A stretch of 64,000 bases of DNA from a virus. Under the pieces are notes generated by a model. That model was not told the origin of the DNA. It did not search any database and saw only the letters and a list, made by a program, of their open reading frames with translations. Location of the stretch: positions 152 to 64,151 of the IMG/VR virus record IMGVR_UViG_3300037240_000024; one strand, 5' to 3'. How positions within the stretch are numbered: position 1 is the stretch's first letter; every line of letters begins with the position of its first letter. The position numbers and the translations under genes are program-made. Below, piece by piece: positions 9,529 to 20,313 of the stretch.

Positions 9529-12335
9529 TGGCCTCTCAGCCTAGAGATATGTCGGCTAAGGCCCAAGAAGCTATGGGGTTGCCCCCAGGGGCTAAATTCT
9601 ATTCGCCCTTCCCGTTCGGCGGCATGAACACGCAGGCGTCGCCGATCGCGATGCCGGACAACGAGTTCACCTGGATCGAGAACTGGCTGCGGCTCGGCGA
9701 CGGCAATATGCGGACGGCGTGGGACGTCGGAGCGCCGTTTTATTTCAACGGCTCCATCGTCAATTATTTCTTCTACACCATAGCGACGACCTACTACTGC
9801 ATCGTGTTCCTGACGAACGGGAACGCCCTCCAGATCAACACGACGACCAACATTGCGACGCCAATCAATCCGGCGTTGAAATTCTATCTGCCGTCGGCGC
9901 CGAAGAACCTTCCCTTCGCGAAGGCGTGGGGCACGCAATATCTTCTGATCTCGAACAACAATACGCCGAACGACTTCTGGGCGTGGGACGGGTCGATCCT
10001 CTATTTCGCCGGCAGCGCCGCGCCGAACAGCGTCAACATTTTGTCGGGCGGTTTCTCCTACACGACGGCTCCGACGCTCGCCGTGTTCGGGGGTGGCGGC
10101 TCGGGGATGCAGATCACGCCCGTCATCTCGGGCGGCCAGATCGTCGAGATGAACATCACGAATCCCGGCTCGGGCTACGAGATTGGCGACGTCGTGCAGA
10201 TCGCTTTCAGCGGTGGAGGATCGGACACGGCTCCGATCCTGACTGCGCAGCTTTCGTCAGGCAGCGTCTCGGGCGCGACGATCACGGCGCCCGGTGCAGG
10301 CTATACGACGGCTACCGTCTCGTTTTCCGGCGGCGGAGGCAGCGGCGCGGCGGCGACGGCCGCCGTCACCTCCGGCTCCGTCACGGCGATCACAATCACA
10401 AGTCCCGGCTTGGGCTATACATCCGCGCCGGTCATTTCGATCAGCGGCGGCGCCGGCGCGGCGGCGGTCGCCGTGCTGGCTCCGTCCGGCGTGGCGAGCG
10501 TGACGGTCGTCAATGGTGGCTCTGGCTTCACGTCGGTTCCGCTCATCACGTTCGTCGGCGGACAAGGCGCGGGAGCCACCGGCATTGCTGTGTTGAGCCC
10601 GACATCCGTCGCTGCGGTGAATATGACGGCGGGAGGGTCTGGTTACACGTCGGCCCCGACTGTTGCTTTCGTAGGCGGCCAGACTGTTTCTGTCCCGACA
10701 GCCGTTGCGACGGTCGGAGCCAACGTGGTCGGGACCGCTGTCACCTCTTACACGGTCGTCAACCCCGGCGCGGGCTATACCTCCGTTCCGACGATCACGG
10801 TGTCTGGTGGCGGAGGGTCCGGCGCGACGGCGATCGCCACGATGAGCGGCGGCGTCATAACAGCCGTCACCCCCATCGCGAACGGAACCGGCTACACAAG
10901 CACACCAGCGGTAGCGGTTTCTGGCGGCGGCAGTGCGGGCGTGGCGGCGACTGCCGTCGCCAACTTAGTTGGCGACCAGGTTGGATCGGTGACGATCACC
11001 AATGCGGGCGGAGAATACACCTCTCCGGTTGAAGTGACGTTTACGGGTGGCGGCGGGATCGGCGCGGGCGCCACGGTGCTGTTTGCGCCGACGTCGATCG
11101 CTCAGGTCGTCGTCTCCAGCACAGGCCAGTATTATACGACGGCTCCGACGGTCGAGGTTTCGGCAGGAGCCAACAAATCCGCCTACGCTACTGTGTCTCT
11201 TATGCCTTACGGTGTCAGCGGCTCGGCGATGGAGACCTATCTGTCTCGGCTGTGGATCGTCGATCCCGCGCCGAGCGTGACGTCGATCGTACCGCCGGGC
11301 GGCGAGTGGCAGGTCTCGGCTCCGGGGTCATTCACCGATTTCGCCACTTCCGACGGCGGCGTGCAGGCGCTCAATACGGATTCGTTTCTTCAGACGCGCT
11401 ACACCAACATCCATCAATCATCCGGCTATCTCTATTTCTTCGGAGACGGGTCGGTCAGCGTCGTCTCGAACGTCTCGACGTCGGGGACGCCTGCCGTCAC
11501 GGCCTACAACTATCAGAACGTCGATCCGCAGGCCGGCGCGGAATGGCGCGACACGCTTCAGGATTTCGGGCGTTCGTCGATCATCGCCAATGCGACTGGC
11601 GTCTACGGTCTCTATGGCGGCACGACGTCGAAGATCAGCCAGAAGCTCGACCAGCTTTTCACGCCGGCCTCGCAAGGCGGTCTGTTCGTGCCGCCGAGCG
11701 CAGGCGGGATCATTCCGACGTCGGCCATCGCGACGATTTTCAACATCAAGCACTATCTGTTGCTGCTGACGCTGCAAGACCCCGATCTCGGCACGAATCG
11801 GAACGTCATGCTGACGTGGAACGAGAAGGACTGGGTTGTCACCTCGCAGTCCGTTCCGATCACGTCGATCTCGACGCAGAAGATAAATTCGACCTATTAC
11901 GCGTTCGGGTCCGACGGGGTGAGCATCTATCCGCTGTTCGCCAAGGCGTCGGTGAAGCTGACGAAACGATTCGACACGAAGCAATATGGCGCGGATCGAA
12001 TGTTCATCCAGAAGCAGGGCAACGCTGTCTGGATGCAGGCGCAGGACAATTCGACGACATCGGCCGGCGTCTCGGGCACATTCACGTTGGTCACTTCGGG
12101 GATCGGTATTCAAAGCTCGTGGAATCCGAGCGGTCAGAGCCTGACGACCTCGACGGTGTTCAACATCCAGCCGGACTTCCCGGCGCCTTACCCGTATTGG
12201 CCGCTGTGGGGGACTTCGACAGGGGCTATCTATTTCGTGACGACGGCGCTGCGGTTCTCGACCACCGCGCCGGATTTCACGCTGGGCAACCTTGTGATAG
12301 GCTACGCCGACAAGGTGGCCTACTTCGGTCAATAG
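9528..12335 (+). CDS. tail tube/stabilisation protein (P22 gp10/T7 gp12-like) with inserted repeat array
   Basis: 935 aa; N-terminal FGGMNT...ENW motif; about 10 GxGYTxxP repeats in the middle; position before GNAT and ejection genes. Confidence 0.6.
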   Translation: MASQPRDMSAKAQEAMGLPPGAKFYSPFPFGGMNTQASPIAMPDNEFTWIENWLRLGDGNMRTAWDVGAPFYFNGSIVNYFFYTIATTYYCIVFLTNGNALQINTTTNIATPINPALKFYLPSAPKNLPFAKAWGTQYLLISNNNTPNDFWAWDGSILYFAGSAAPNSVNILSGGFSYTTAPTLAVFGGGGSGMQITPVISGGQIVEMNITNPGSGYEIGDVVQIAFSGGGSDTAPILTAQLSSGSVSGATITAPGAGYTTATVSFSGGGGSGAAATAAVTSGSVTAITITSPGLGYTSAPVISISGGAGAAAVAVLAPSGVASVTVVNGGSGFTSVPLITFVGGQGAGATGIAVLSPTSVAAVNMTAGGSGYTSAPTVAFVGGQTVSVPTAVATVGANVVGTAVTSYTVVNPGAGYTSVPTITVSGGGGSGATAIATMSGGVITAVTPIANGTGYTSTPAVAVSGGGSAGVAATAVANLVGDQVGSVTITNAGGEYTSPVEVTFTGGGGIGAGATVLFAPTSIAQVVVSSTGQYYTTAPTVEVSAGANKSAYATVSLMPYGVSGSAMETYLSRLWIVDPAPSVTSIVPPGGEWQVSAPGSFTDFATSDGGVQALNTDSFLQTRYTNIHQSSGYLYFFGDGSVSVVSNVSTSGTPAVTAYNYQNVDPQAGAEWRDTLQDFGRSSIIANATGVYGLYGGTTSKISQKLDQLFTPASQGGLFVPPSAGGIIPTSAIATIFNIKHYLLLLTLQDPDLGTNRNVMLTWNEKDWVVTSQSVPITSISTQKINSTYYAFGSDGVSIYPLFAKASVKLTKRFDTKQYGADRMFIQKQGNAVWMQAQDNSTTSAGVSGTFTLVTSGIGIQSSWNPSGQSLTTSTVFNIQPDFPAPYPYWPLWGTSTGAIYFVTTALRFSTTAPDFTLGNLVIGYADKVAYFGQ

Positions 12336-12344
12336 GAGCGGATC

Positions 12345-12575
12345 ATGGCTAGGAAAGACACGAGGCTCGACTTCGAGAAGATGATCGACGCCGGCGAGAA
12401 TCCGAAGGGCTTCACCGCGCAGACCTGCAACGGAACAGCCCACTGGAAGGGCACGGGCTGGAACCGGGATGGGCGTGGTGGCTGGGCTGCCGGTTGCTGG
12501 GGTCCTGGGAGCGAGGAGCAGCTTTCGCCGGATGCGACGCGCCCGAGTGGTCGTTCGAATCGTACGGGCGAATAG
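12345..12575 (+). CDS. hypothetical protein
   Basis: RBS AGGAG; fills gap in the operon. Confidence 0.45.
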   Translation: MARKDTRLDFEKMIDAGENPKGFTAQTCNGTAHWKGTGWNRDGRGGWAAGCWGPGSEEQLSPDATRPSGRSNRTGE

Positions 12576-12916
12576 TGCTCCCGGCGCTCAATAACATCCC
12601 GCACTCTTCGGAGGACTGGGCGCACTGGAGTTGGCATCATCGTGACAGTCACGATCGCATCCGCAAGGCGATCGGGAAAACGCTGAACGTCAGTCTGGGT
12701 GACTATCAGGTGGAGCCGATCAATCCGAACGACCTCACCGACTTCCTCCAGAACAACAGCCAGCTTCACGACGACATGAACTCGGCGCTCGGACTACAAA
12801 GTACGAACCTGCAAGACGCGAACCTTCAGGACGAGCACGAGATGGCGGCGTGGATCAAGAGCCATGCGCAGGAACACTACTACGCGGAAGCGAAATTGGG
12901 AGCCGCCGTTGTCTGA
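12575..12916 (+). CDS. hypothetical virion-module protein
   Basis: GTG start overlapping the previous stop; WAHWSWHHRDSH motif. Confidence 0.6.
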   Translation: MLPALNNIPHSSEDWAHWSWHHRDSHDRIRKAIGKTLNVSLGDYQVEPINPNDLTDFLQNNSQLHDDMNSALGLQSTNLQDANLQDEHEMAAWIKSHAQEHYYAEAKLGAAVV

Positions 12917-13364
12917 GATCGCCTTCGCTATCGAAACCTACGATCAGATCATCGGCGAGATCAAGCCGATGCTGCCCGAGCATTGGTTGGAGTTGGCCGT
13001 TCACAAGGACATTCCGCTCGATCCCGACTATGAGTTCTACGCCAAGGCCAGTGCGGCCGGGCTGTTGACCTTCATGACGGTTCGCAAGGAAGGCGCGCTG
13101 ATCGGCTATGCGATTTGGGTCGTCAAAGCGCACGCGCACTACAAGGCGCACACATGGGCGCTCAATGACATCGTGTGGCTGCACCCTGATCATCGCGGCA
13201 TGAGTACCGGCCGGGCTCTCGTCGCGTTCTGGGAGGCTGAGTTCCGCGCTCGCGGCGTTGCCGTGATCCATGTCGACACCAAAATCTCCACGCCGCAACT
13301 GCTTTATCTTTTGAGGTCTTGCGACTACGATACGACCGGGATGGCGATGGAAAAGAGGCTCTGA
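12909..13364 (+). CDS. GNAT-fold acetyltransferase-like tail assembly protein (T7 gp13/P22 gp14-like)
   Basis: DIVWLHPDHRGMSTGRAL acetyl-CoA binding motif; TTG start. Confidence 0.75.
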   Translation: MSEIAFAIETYDQIIGEIKPMLPEHWLELAVHKDIPLDPDYEFYAKASAAGLLTFMTVRKEGALIGYAIWVVKAHAHYKAHTWALNDIVWLHPDHRGMSTGRALVAFWEAEFRARGVAVIHVDTKISTPQLLYLLRSCDYDTTGMAMEKRL

Positions 13365-14668
13365 TGGGTATCCAGGCGATCCTCGACCCGATTTTGGCGA
13401 GTCTTTCCAGCGCCGGCGCGGCTGCGGGCGGTGCGATCGGCGGTATCGGTGATGCGCTCGGGCTCGGCGGGGCTGCGGCTGGAGCCGGCGCGGCTGCGGC
13501 TGGAGCCGGCGCGGCGGATGCAGGCGCGACGGCGTTGGCCGGCGGCGCGGCCGCGGGCGGCGCGGACGCTGCGACCACGGCGGCGCTCGGCACGATCGGC
13601 GCGCAAAACGTCGCCGAAGCGGGCATTCTTTCCGCCGCCGCGCCCGGCCTCGATGCCACCGCGACGGGCGCGGGTCTATCGGCTACCGACATTGGCGGCT
13701 CCTTTGCGTCGCTTGCCGGCGGCGCGGCGGATGGTCTCGCTGGCGGCGCGGGGGCTGCATCGGCGCTCGGCGGCACGACGCCCGCAGCCACGACAGGCGG
13801 CGCGGCAACAGCCGGCGCAACCGCCACACCCGCAACGGCGGCAGGCGGTTTGACTTCTGCGCCGTCGGCAGGTGCGGCGGGCGGTGTTGGCGGCGCGGCG
13901 GGCGGAGCAGCCCCAGCGTCAGCAGCGAGCGGCGGCGTTTCGGCCGGCGACATCACGGGCGCGGCGGGTAGCGGCGGTATCGGCAGCGACGCCGTAGCGG
14001 GCGGCACGGCGGGGCAAGGCGCGACGACCGCGACTTCGGCGCTCAGCGCGGGCGCTCCCGGCACGGCTGGCGTCACGGCTCCGACAGCGGCGACGGCAGG
14101 CGCTGGTGGCGCGACAACGAGCGCAGGCGGAGGCATCGGCTCAACGCTATCCGGTCTCGGCTCCAAGGCGCTCGCCAATCCCGGCGCGCTCATTGCGGGC
14201 GGCGGTTTGCTGTCGAATCTGCTTCAGGGCGACAAGAAGCCAGCGAATTACGACACGCTGTCCGCGCAGGCCGCCGCCGACTCCGCGCGCGGCGCGCAGC
14301 TTCAGTCCTATCTCACTTCCGGCACTCTGCCGCCCGGCGTGGCTTCGGGCCTCCAGTCGGCGCACCAGGCCGCCGAGGCGACGATCCGGTCCCAGTACGC
14401 CTCGCGCGGCCAGAGCGGCTCGTCGGCCGAGGCGCAGGACTTGTCTAAGCTGTCCGAGACGACAATGGGGCAGGGCGCACAAATCGCCACGCAGTTGCTC
14501 AGCCAGGGCATCAGCGAAAGCCAGTTCTCGTCGCAGCTTTATACGCAACTCATGAACACGTCGATCAATCAGGACAATCAACTGTCCTCGTCAATCGCCA
14601 ACTTTGCCGGCGCGCTGGGCGGCTTCAAGCCCGCCGCTGCGGCGGCCCCGACGACTGCGGCGGTGTAA
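13364..14668 (+). CDS. Ala/Gly-rich DNA ejection (pilot) protein
   Basis: Low-complexity hydrophobic N-terminal half and helical C-terminus; first of three large genes after GNAT. Confidence 0.55.
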   Translation: MGIQAILDPILASLSSAGAAAGGAIGGIGDALGLGGAAAGAGAAAAGAGAADAGATALAGGAAAGGADAATTAALGTIGAQNVAEAGILSAAAPGLDATATGAGLSATDIGGSFASLAGGAADGLAGGAGAASALGGTTPAATTGGAATAGATATPATAAGGLTSAPSAGAAGGVGGAAGGAAPASAASGGVSAGDITGAAGSGGIGSDAVAGGTAGQGATTATSALSAGAPGTAGVTAPTAATAGAGGATTSAGGGIGSTLSGLGSKALANPGALIAGGGLLSNLLQGDKKPANYDTLSAQAAADSARGAQLQSYLTSGTLPPGVASGLQSAHQAAEATIRSQYASRGQSGSSAEAQDLSKLSETTMGQGAQIATQLLSQGISESQFSSQLYTQLMNTSINQDNQLSSSIANFAGALGGFKPAAAAAPTTAAV

Positions 14669-14671
14669 GAC

Positions 14672-16540
14672 ATGGCCGACTTTCCCGGTATCGACGCTCC
14701 GAGCGCGACGAAGGCTCTCACGCCGACGGCGCCTGCCGCCGCGCCCGAGCCGGACAGCAAGCCGAATCTGGGTAACGGCATGTTCGAGCGGATGGTCGGC
14801 AGCATCGGCGCGGGCAATGACGCAGCGAACAAGAAGATCGCCGCGCTTGACGCTTCGACGATGAAGATGTCGCCGCCGAAGCTGGATCTACCGCCGAAAC
14901 CAGAAATGAAGAACACCGACCCGATGGAGGCGTGGGGGTCGATGGCGATGGTGTTTGCCGCCTTGGCCTCGACAAAGGTGCGAAACCACGCCTCGACCGC
15001 CATGAACGCCGCCGCGTCGGCGCTAAAAGGCATTCAAGCGAAGGACAAGGAGACTTTCGACCAGAACTTCAAAGTGTGGGAAGCCGAGTCGAAGAACGCA
15101 CTGGAGATGGCGAATTTTCAGCAGCGATCCTATGACGAACTGCTGAAGAACGTCCAGCACAAGGAAGACCTCGCACGCAGCATGGGTGACGCGCAGGATC
15201 GGGCCACCGAGGCGAAAATCCGCACGTTGTCCAAGGCTCTCGAAGACCCGGCGATGATTTCCGCGCTCGATCACGGTGGACTCCCCGAGGCAACAAATCT
15301 CCAGAACACGCGCGATCGGCAGGCGCTCGAACTGAAAAAATACCAAATCGACACGGGCAAGCTGGCGTCCAAGGCCGGTGAGGCTTTGGCGGCGAACACA
15401 GCCAAGGAATCGTCCGAGTATAAAGAGGCGATGGCGAAGGGCGATACGGTCGCCGCCTACGGCATCTTGGCGACAGCGGCCCCACAGACGTTCGGCAAAA
15501 TGTACGAGGATGCCGTTAAGCATCGAGACGACATGGAGTTCAAGCAGAAGAAGGATGAAGAATCCGCTCAGGGCCAGGCGGCGCAGGCGTTCGACCGCTG
15601 GAAGTCCGAACATCCCGGCGCGTCGTCGGACGAAACTAACCAGGCGCAACTCGACATTCACAAGCAATATGCAGCGAACGGGCGTAGCGTTTATCCGCCG
15701 ATCACGCCGGAGAACAAGCACTTCCTGGCGGAGAAATTGGCAGCCTATCAAATCAAGTCTCCGTCTGACACGGTGCTCGCCAAGAGCTCGGACTGGATCG
15801 ACGCGATGAAGGAGGCTGAGCAGATCAATCCATCTTTCAACGAGGCGAAATACGACCTCGTCAAGAAGGCACGCGAGAAGATCACGACGGGCAAGGACGG
15901 CGACGCCATCGCCTCCTACGTGCGCCTGAACCAGCATCTTCAGTTTTTCAGCGGTCTCGTCAGCAAACTGTCCGACGGTTCTGATCTCAAGGTTCTCGAC
16001 AGGCTGGCGGCGGCGTGGGGGCGTCAGACCGGCAATACGAACGTCACATCCTATGATGCGGCGCTCCAGCTTGTCGGCGATGAAATGGTCAAGGCGGCCA
16101 CCGGCACGGGTGCGGCAGGCGCTCTTGGCGACCGTGAAGAGATCAAGAAGAATTTCGATCCTGGCTTGTCGAAAGAACAGCTTCGCGGCAACATCGACGC
16201 GGTGCGGACACTCGTCGGCGGGGCCATTGTCTCGACGCTCAACAAATACCGTTCGGCGTTGGAGCCGCAGGAACTTCAGGTCATCACAGGCCTGTCGCCG
16301 GAGGATTTGGAGTCCTATCACGTCGATCCGAAGGTTCTTCAACCCACCGTTAAAGGCCCGGTGCATTTTGGCGGGAAGGTCGTCACCGATCCGACAGGTC
16401 CGGCGCCGGTAGAGCAGCCCGCTGCAACCGCATCTGGCGGTGGAGGCTTTGAGCGCAAGGGTGAGTACAACGGCAAGCCCATAGGGGTGAAAGACGGCAA
16501 GTGGGTCTATGAAGACGGCTCTCCCGTCGAAGGCCAGTGA
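14672..16540 (+). CDS. putative internal virion/ejection protein
   Basis: 622 aa, helical and charged; position in the module. Confidence 0.55.
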   Translation: MADFPGIDAPSATKALTPTAPAAAPEPDSKPNLGNGMFERMVGSIGAGNDAANKKIAALDASTMKMSPPKLDLPPKPEMKNTDPMEAWGSMAMVFAALASTKVRNHASTAMNAAASALKGIQAKDKETFDQNFKVWEAESKNALEMANFQQRSYDELLKNVQHKEDLARSMGDAQDRATEAKIRTLSKALEDPAMISALDHGGLPEATNLQNTRDRQALELKKYQIDTGKLASKAGEALAANTAKESSEYKEAMAKGDTVAAYGILATAAPQTFGKMYEDAVKHRDDMEFKQKKDEESAQGQAAQAFDRWKSEHPGASSDETNQAQLDIHKQYAANGRSVYPPITPENKHFLAEKLAAYQIKSPSDTVLAKSSDWIDAMKEAEQINPSFNEAKYDLVKKAREKITTGKDGDAIASYVRLNQHLQFFSGLVSKLSDGSDLKVLDRLAAAWGRQTGNTNVTSYDAALQLVGDEMVKAATGTGAAGALGDREEIKKNFDPGLSKEQLRGNIDAVRTLVGGAIVSTLNKYRSALEPQELQVITGLSPEDLESYHVDPKVLQPTVKGPVHFGGKVVTDPTGPAPVEQPAATASGGGGFERKGEYNGKPIGVKDGKWVYEDGSPVEGQ

Positions 16541-19500
16541 TGCCCGATCCCTTCACCCAGACCGACCCGCTGACGCAGCCGTATCTCGGCGGAACGCCCG
16601 CGCCACAGCCTCCCGCCGCGCCGAAAAGCGTCGTTGGGTCTATGATCGCGCCGGGAGCCCCGAAGCCTCCTGCCGCCACGGCCGCGCCCGCGCAGTCCCC
16701 CGGCCTGCCCGCATCGGCTCCGCAGCCGCAAGCACAGCAGCAGCAGCAGCCCGGTAGCGTCGACCAGTTCATGCAACTTGTCCGCACGCACGAGAGCGGC
16801 GGCAACGATAAGGCATCGTCCGGCGTGGCGAACGGGCGCTATCAGTTCACTCCCGCGACATGGGCGGGCGTGGCGAAGGAGCATCCCGAATTGGGGTTGC
16901 AGCCGCAGGACATTTGGGACGGGGCCAAGCAAGACCTCGCGATGCGCGCGATTAGCAAGGACTACGTCAACGTTCTGACGATGAACGGTATTCAACCGTC
17001 GATGCCGAATATGTTCATGCTGCACTTCCTCGGAACGGGTGGCGGGCCGAAGTTTCTGAAGCAGATGCAGGCTAATCCGAACGCCAACGCAGCGGCGCTA
17101 TTCCCGACCGAGGCACAATACAATCCGACTATTTTTCACGACAAAGGCGGCCAGCCACGCTCGCTTCAGCAGGTTTATGCGCTGATGACGAAGACGTTCG
17201 GCGGGCCGGCGGCGAGCATGGCCGGACCCGCCGCCGGAGAAATGAAGGCCATCGACTCGTTTGACAAGGCGTCGGGGGTTCCGACCGCCGTGCGCGGCTT
17301 CTCGGATCAGATGACTGCGTCCGCTGGCGCGCAGACGTCGCTGGAGGAGGTGAAACTGCCGCCGTTGTTGCCGGGCATGAAACTGGACGTGTCGACGAAA
17401 CTGCCGCCGTTGTTGCCGGGCATGAAGCTCGACTATAACTCCAAGGAGCCGTTGAAGCAGGGCGCTTTCACCGATAAGGACGGCGTTTATCATCCCAGCG
17501 TAGAGGAAAAGAAGCCAGACGCGCCCGCGCCGGAAGTGATCGGCGTCGATCCGACGACCGGGATGCCGGTGTTCGCCGATCCGAAATTGAACGCCGAAGA
17601 GCAGCAGGCCGAGACGGAGACCGCCAAGGGCTTCGCGGCCGGTGTCGCTCAGGACTTTACCGGCCCGGCGTCTCTTTTGCCGAACCCGTTGGGCGGTTAC
17701 GCCGAGAAGGCCAACGAGTATCTGGACAAGACGGGCGATCCGGCGGCGCGCGTCGCGGGAAATATCGCCCCCATGTTGGCTCCTGTCGGAGAAGTGTTCG
17801 GAGGAATCAAGGCCGGTGCAAAAGCGATAGAGGGCGCCACATCGTTCACCCAAGCGATGAAAGCTGCCGCATTGCCGGCGGGCAAAGCAGCCGGGACCGC
17901 CGGGTTGACAGGCGCTTTGGCCTCTAGCTCCAACCCGATCGGCAAGGATGGCGACACGACGATGGGCGAACGCTGGGCTGGTAAAGGGCTTGGCATGGCG
18001 GAGAGCGGGCTGGTCGGCGGACTCCTTGGTGGTGGGATACCGCTTGCCGGCGCTGCTGGAAGCGCACTTATCGGTGAAGGAACTCGTCTCGGACGAATCA
18101 TTTACGGAGCCGCCGGCAAAGAAGCCGACAAGATGGCCGAAGAACTTCGTACCGGCGTCAACGCCAAGACGGGCGAAGCGATCAGCGATCAGGATCGCGC
18201 GGCGCATATCGCTGCATTGGAGCGGTTTGGCGAAAAGGCGAAGCTGGCGAAACACGAAGACGACCTGAAGAAAATCACGGACGCGCAGGCGCAGCTCGCG
18301 GAGCGTGATCAGGTTCGCGCCGCTAAAGGTCGAGATGATCGTCAAGCGACCGATCCGAAAGCCCTCGAAAAGCTGCGTGAGGGCGTCACTGCGCGGGCGC
18401 GCGAGCGCGTGTATCAAGCCGAAAGTCAGGCCAAAGAGGCCGGAGCCACAGCGGAACAGGCCAAGGGCTACGCCGTCGAGCAAGAGCAGAAAGTCTTAGA
18501 GGCTAAGAACGCCGCGCAAGAGATTGCAACAGCGTTCACCAAGAACCCGCAGATGCCGAAAGAGGAATTTGGCGCGCTGGTGCAAAAAGCCGCCGACGAT
18601 CTTGAGACCAAGGCCGAAGAGGCGCGTGAGGCCGCCGCCGATTTCAAAGGCGCCATGAAGTCTGCGCCGCCTGGGCCTGTCGTGAAGAACGATGGGGTCA
18701 TGAAAGCGCTCGACCAAATTGAGGCCAGTAGCGCAGACCGAAGTGTCGAAGCCATCACGAACGAAGTCCGCAAGCAAGTTCAGACTTGGGCGCGCGACGA
18801 AGAGGGCGCATGGCAGATTGTCGATAAAAGCGGTTTGACCGTCGAACGCGCTGATTCGCTTCGCAAAGTTTTGAACACCGCGATGCGAAGTCGGACGATG
18901 GCGGTCGAAGGAGGCTCGGCCGACGCTTCCGCTGCGCAACACCATATTCGAACGGTGCTCAGAGCGTTGGAGGACGCGACTGGCGAGGCGCACCCTCCAT
19001 ATAACGAGGCCGTGAAAGCGTGGCGCGACAATTCGCGCGGGCCGCTAGACGAGTTTTTGCCAAAGGAAGCGCTTGGCAAAATCACCAAGACGCAGGACTT
19101 TTCCGGTCGTTTCGCCATGAACGAAGGCCGGGTCGTCAACGAAATTTTGAACCAGTCGAACGCTGGGTCGGATGCGCTCGCGGTTCTTGCTCGCGATAAT
19201 AAAGAGATCGTCGGCGCGACCGAAAAGTATCTGAATCGCCAACTTTTCGGGTTGGACGGACGGAACGTGCCGACAGTAAAATCCGTGACGTCGTTCATGG
19301 AAAAGAACGAGCCCACGCTGAGGAAATTGGGTCTTTACGGCAAATACGAGGGAATGCGTGACAAACTGGCGAGCGCCGGGGAAACGGTCAAAACAGCCGA
19401 GACCGGAGCGAAGACCGCTAATGACGCGGCTAAAAAAGCCGAAGCCCAGAGAATCGCGCTCGAAGGAATTGCCGGAGATCGCCGATCCGTTCTCGAAAGA

Positions 19501-19992
19501 TCCAAGAAGATTCAGCCGGGCGGCGTGTTTACTCGCCTTGAAGAGGTCAGCCCTAAAGACGTCGCCAAAGGCGCCGACGCCAAAGCTGCTGCCGACGCCG
19601 CGCGATTGAAAGAGAAAGCGGCCGGCCCGAAAGCGGCTAGGGACGAAACGGAAGCCAACATAAAATCTTTGGCTTCCGAGAAAACAAAAGCAGTCACGCA
19701 GAAAAGGGACTTCGAAGAGTTTGAGTCGTCACTCAAGAGCATCGCGCCTCGCGAAGTGCCTGCTCAAGCGCAGTCCGCCGTGGAGGCCCTTCACAAGAAA
19801 GGCTACATCACGAAGATCGAATTGGACGAAGCCAATCAGAAAATTGCAGAAATCAAGCAGAAGTATAAAGAAGCCGACTGGGCCGATAGGATACGCCACA
19901 TGGTTATCTATCCGCTCGCCAGCGGCGCCTTTGGCATGCTGACCGGCTTAAGCGTCCACGAATACATGAGCACAAGAGCGAGGGCGCCATGA
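16540..19992 (+). CDS. large ejection protein with lysozyme/transglycosylase-like domain
   Basis: RTHESGG...ANGRYQFTPATW catalytic-Glu motif near the N-terminus; long helical remainder. Confidence 0.7.
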   Translation: MPDPFTQTDPLTQPYLGGTPAPQPPAAPKSVVGSMIAPGAPKPPAATAAPAQSPGLPASAPQPQAQQQQQPGSVDQFMQLVRTHESGGNDKASSGVANGRYQFTPATWAGVAKEHPELGLQPQDIWDGAKQDLAMRAISKDYVNVLTMNGIQPSMPNMFMLHFLGTGGGPKFLKQMQANPNANAAALFPTEAQYNPTIFHDKGGQPRSLQQVYALMTKTFGGPAASMAGPAAGEMKAIDSFDKASGVPTAVRGFSDQMTASAGAQTSLEEVKLPPLLPGMKLDVSTKLPPLLPGMKLDYNSKEPLKQGAFTDKDGVYHPSVEEKKPDAPAPEVIGVDPTTGMPVFADPKLNAEEQQAETETAKGFAAGVAQDFTGPASLLPNPLGGYAEKANEYLDKTGDPAARVAGNIAPMLAPVGEVFGGIKAGAKAIEGATSFTQAMKAAALPAGKAAGTAGLTGALASSSNPIGKDGDTTMGERWAGKGLGMAESGLVGGLLGGGIPLAGAAGSALIGEGTRLGRIIYGAAGKEADKMAEELRTGVNAKTGEAISDQDRAAHIAALERFGEKAKLAKHEDDLKKITDAQAQLAERDQVRAAKGRDDRQATDPKALEKLREGVTARARERVYQAESQAKEAGATAEQAKGYAVEQEQKVLEAKNAAQEIATAFTKNPQMPKEEFGALVQKAADDLETKAEEAREAAADFKGAMKSAPPGPVVKNDGVMKALDQIEASSADRSVEAITNEVRKQVQTWARDEEGAWQIVDKSGLTVERADSLRKVLNTAMRSRTMAVEGGSADASAAQHHIRTVLRALEDATGEAHPPYNEAVKAWRDNSRGPLDEFLPKEALGKITKTQDFSGRFAMNEGRVVNEILNQSNAGSDALAVLARDNKEIVGATEKYLNRQLFGLDGRNVPTVKSVTSFMEKNEPTLRKLGLYGKYEGMRDKLASAGETVKTAETGAKTANDAAKKAEAQRIALEGIAGDRRSVLERSKKIQPGGVFTRLEEVSPKDVAKGADAKAAADAARLKEKAAGPKAARDETEANIKSLASEKTKAVTQKRDFEEFESSLKSIAPREVPAQAQSAVEALHKKGYITKIELDEANQKIAEIKQKYKEADWADRIRHMVIYPLASGAFGMLTGLSVHEYMSTRARAP

Positions 19993-20309
19993 CCGATCTC
20001 CTCGCAGCCCTAGACACCGCCGTCGCCAAGCTGTTGGAGCAGGCTGGGCTCGGCGAAATAAAGCCCGAGAAGATCGATGCCACGCCAGCCGAGGCCGTCA
20101 AAGCCTTTGACTCGGCGATGGCATACGCCAAAATCAGACCGACCCTGGTTCCGAAAGTGAAAGAGGAGAGCGCCTTTGACGCAATTCAACGAGGATTCCA
20201 CGGGAGCGGTGCGAAGACTGAGCGTCGAGGACGTCCCCCAAAGGACAAGGCCGCGCCCGATCCCATCCTCAACGGAGAGCCCCCCGGCTCCGACCTCTTC
20301 AACGCCTGA
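19989..20309 (+). CDS. hypothetical protein with RRGRPPK motif
   Basis: 106-aa ORF, ATGA overlap. Confidence 0.6.
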   Translation: MTDLLAALDTAVAKLLEQAGLGEIKPEKIDATPAEAVKAFDSAMAYAKIRPTLVPKVKEESAFDAIQRGFHGSGAKTERRGRPPKDKAAPDPILNGEPPGSDLFNA

Positions 20310-20313
20310 TCTC

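Noticed and set aside
13431-14193. Overlapping ORFs across the Ala/Gly-rich ejection gene
   Set aside because: Low-complexity GCN/GGN codons remove stops in other frames
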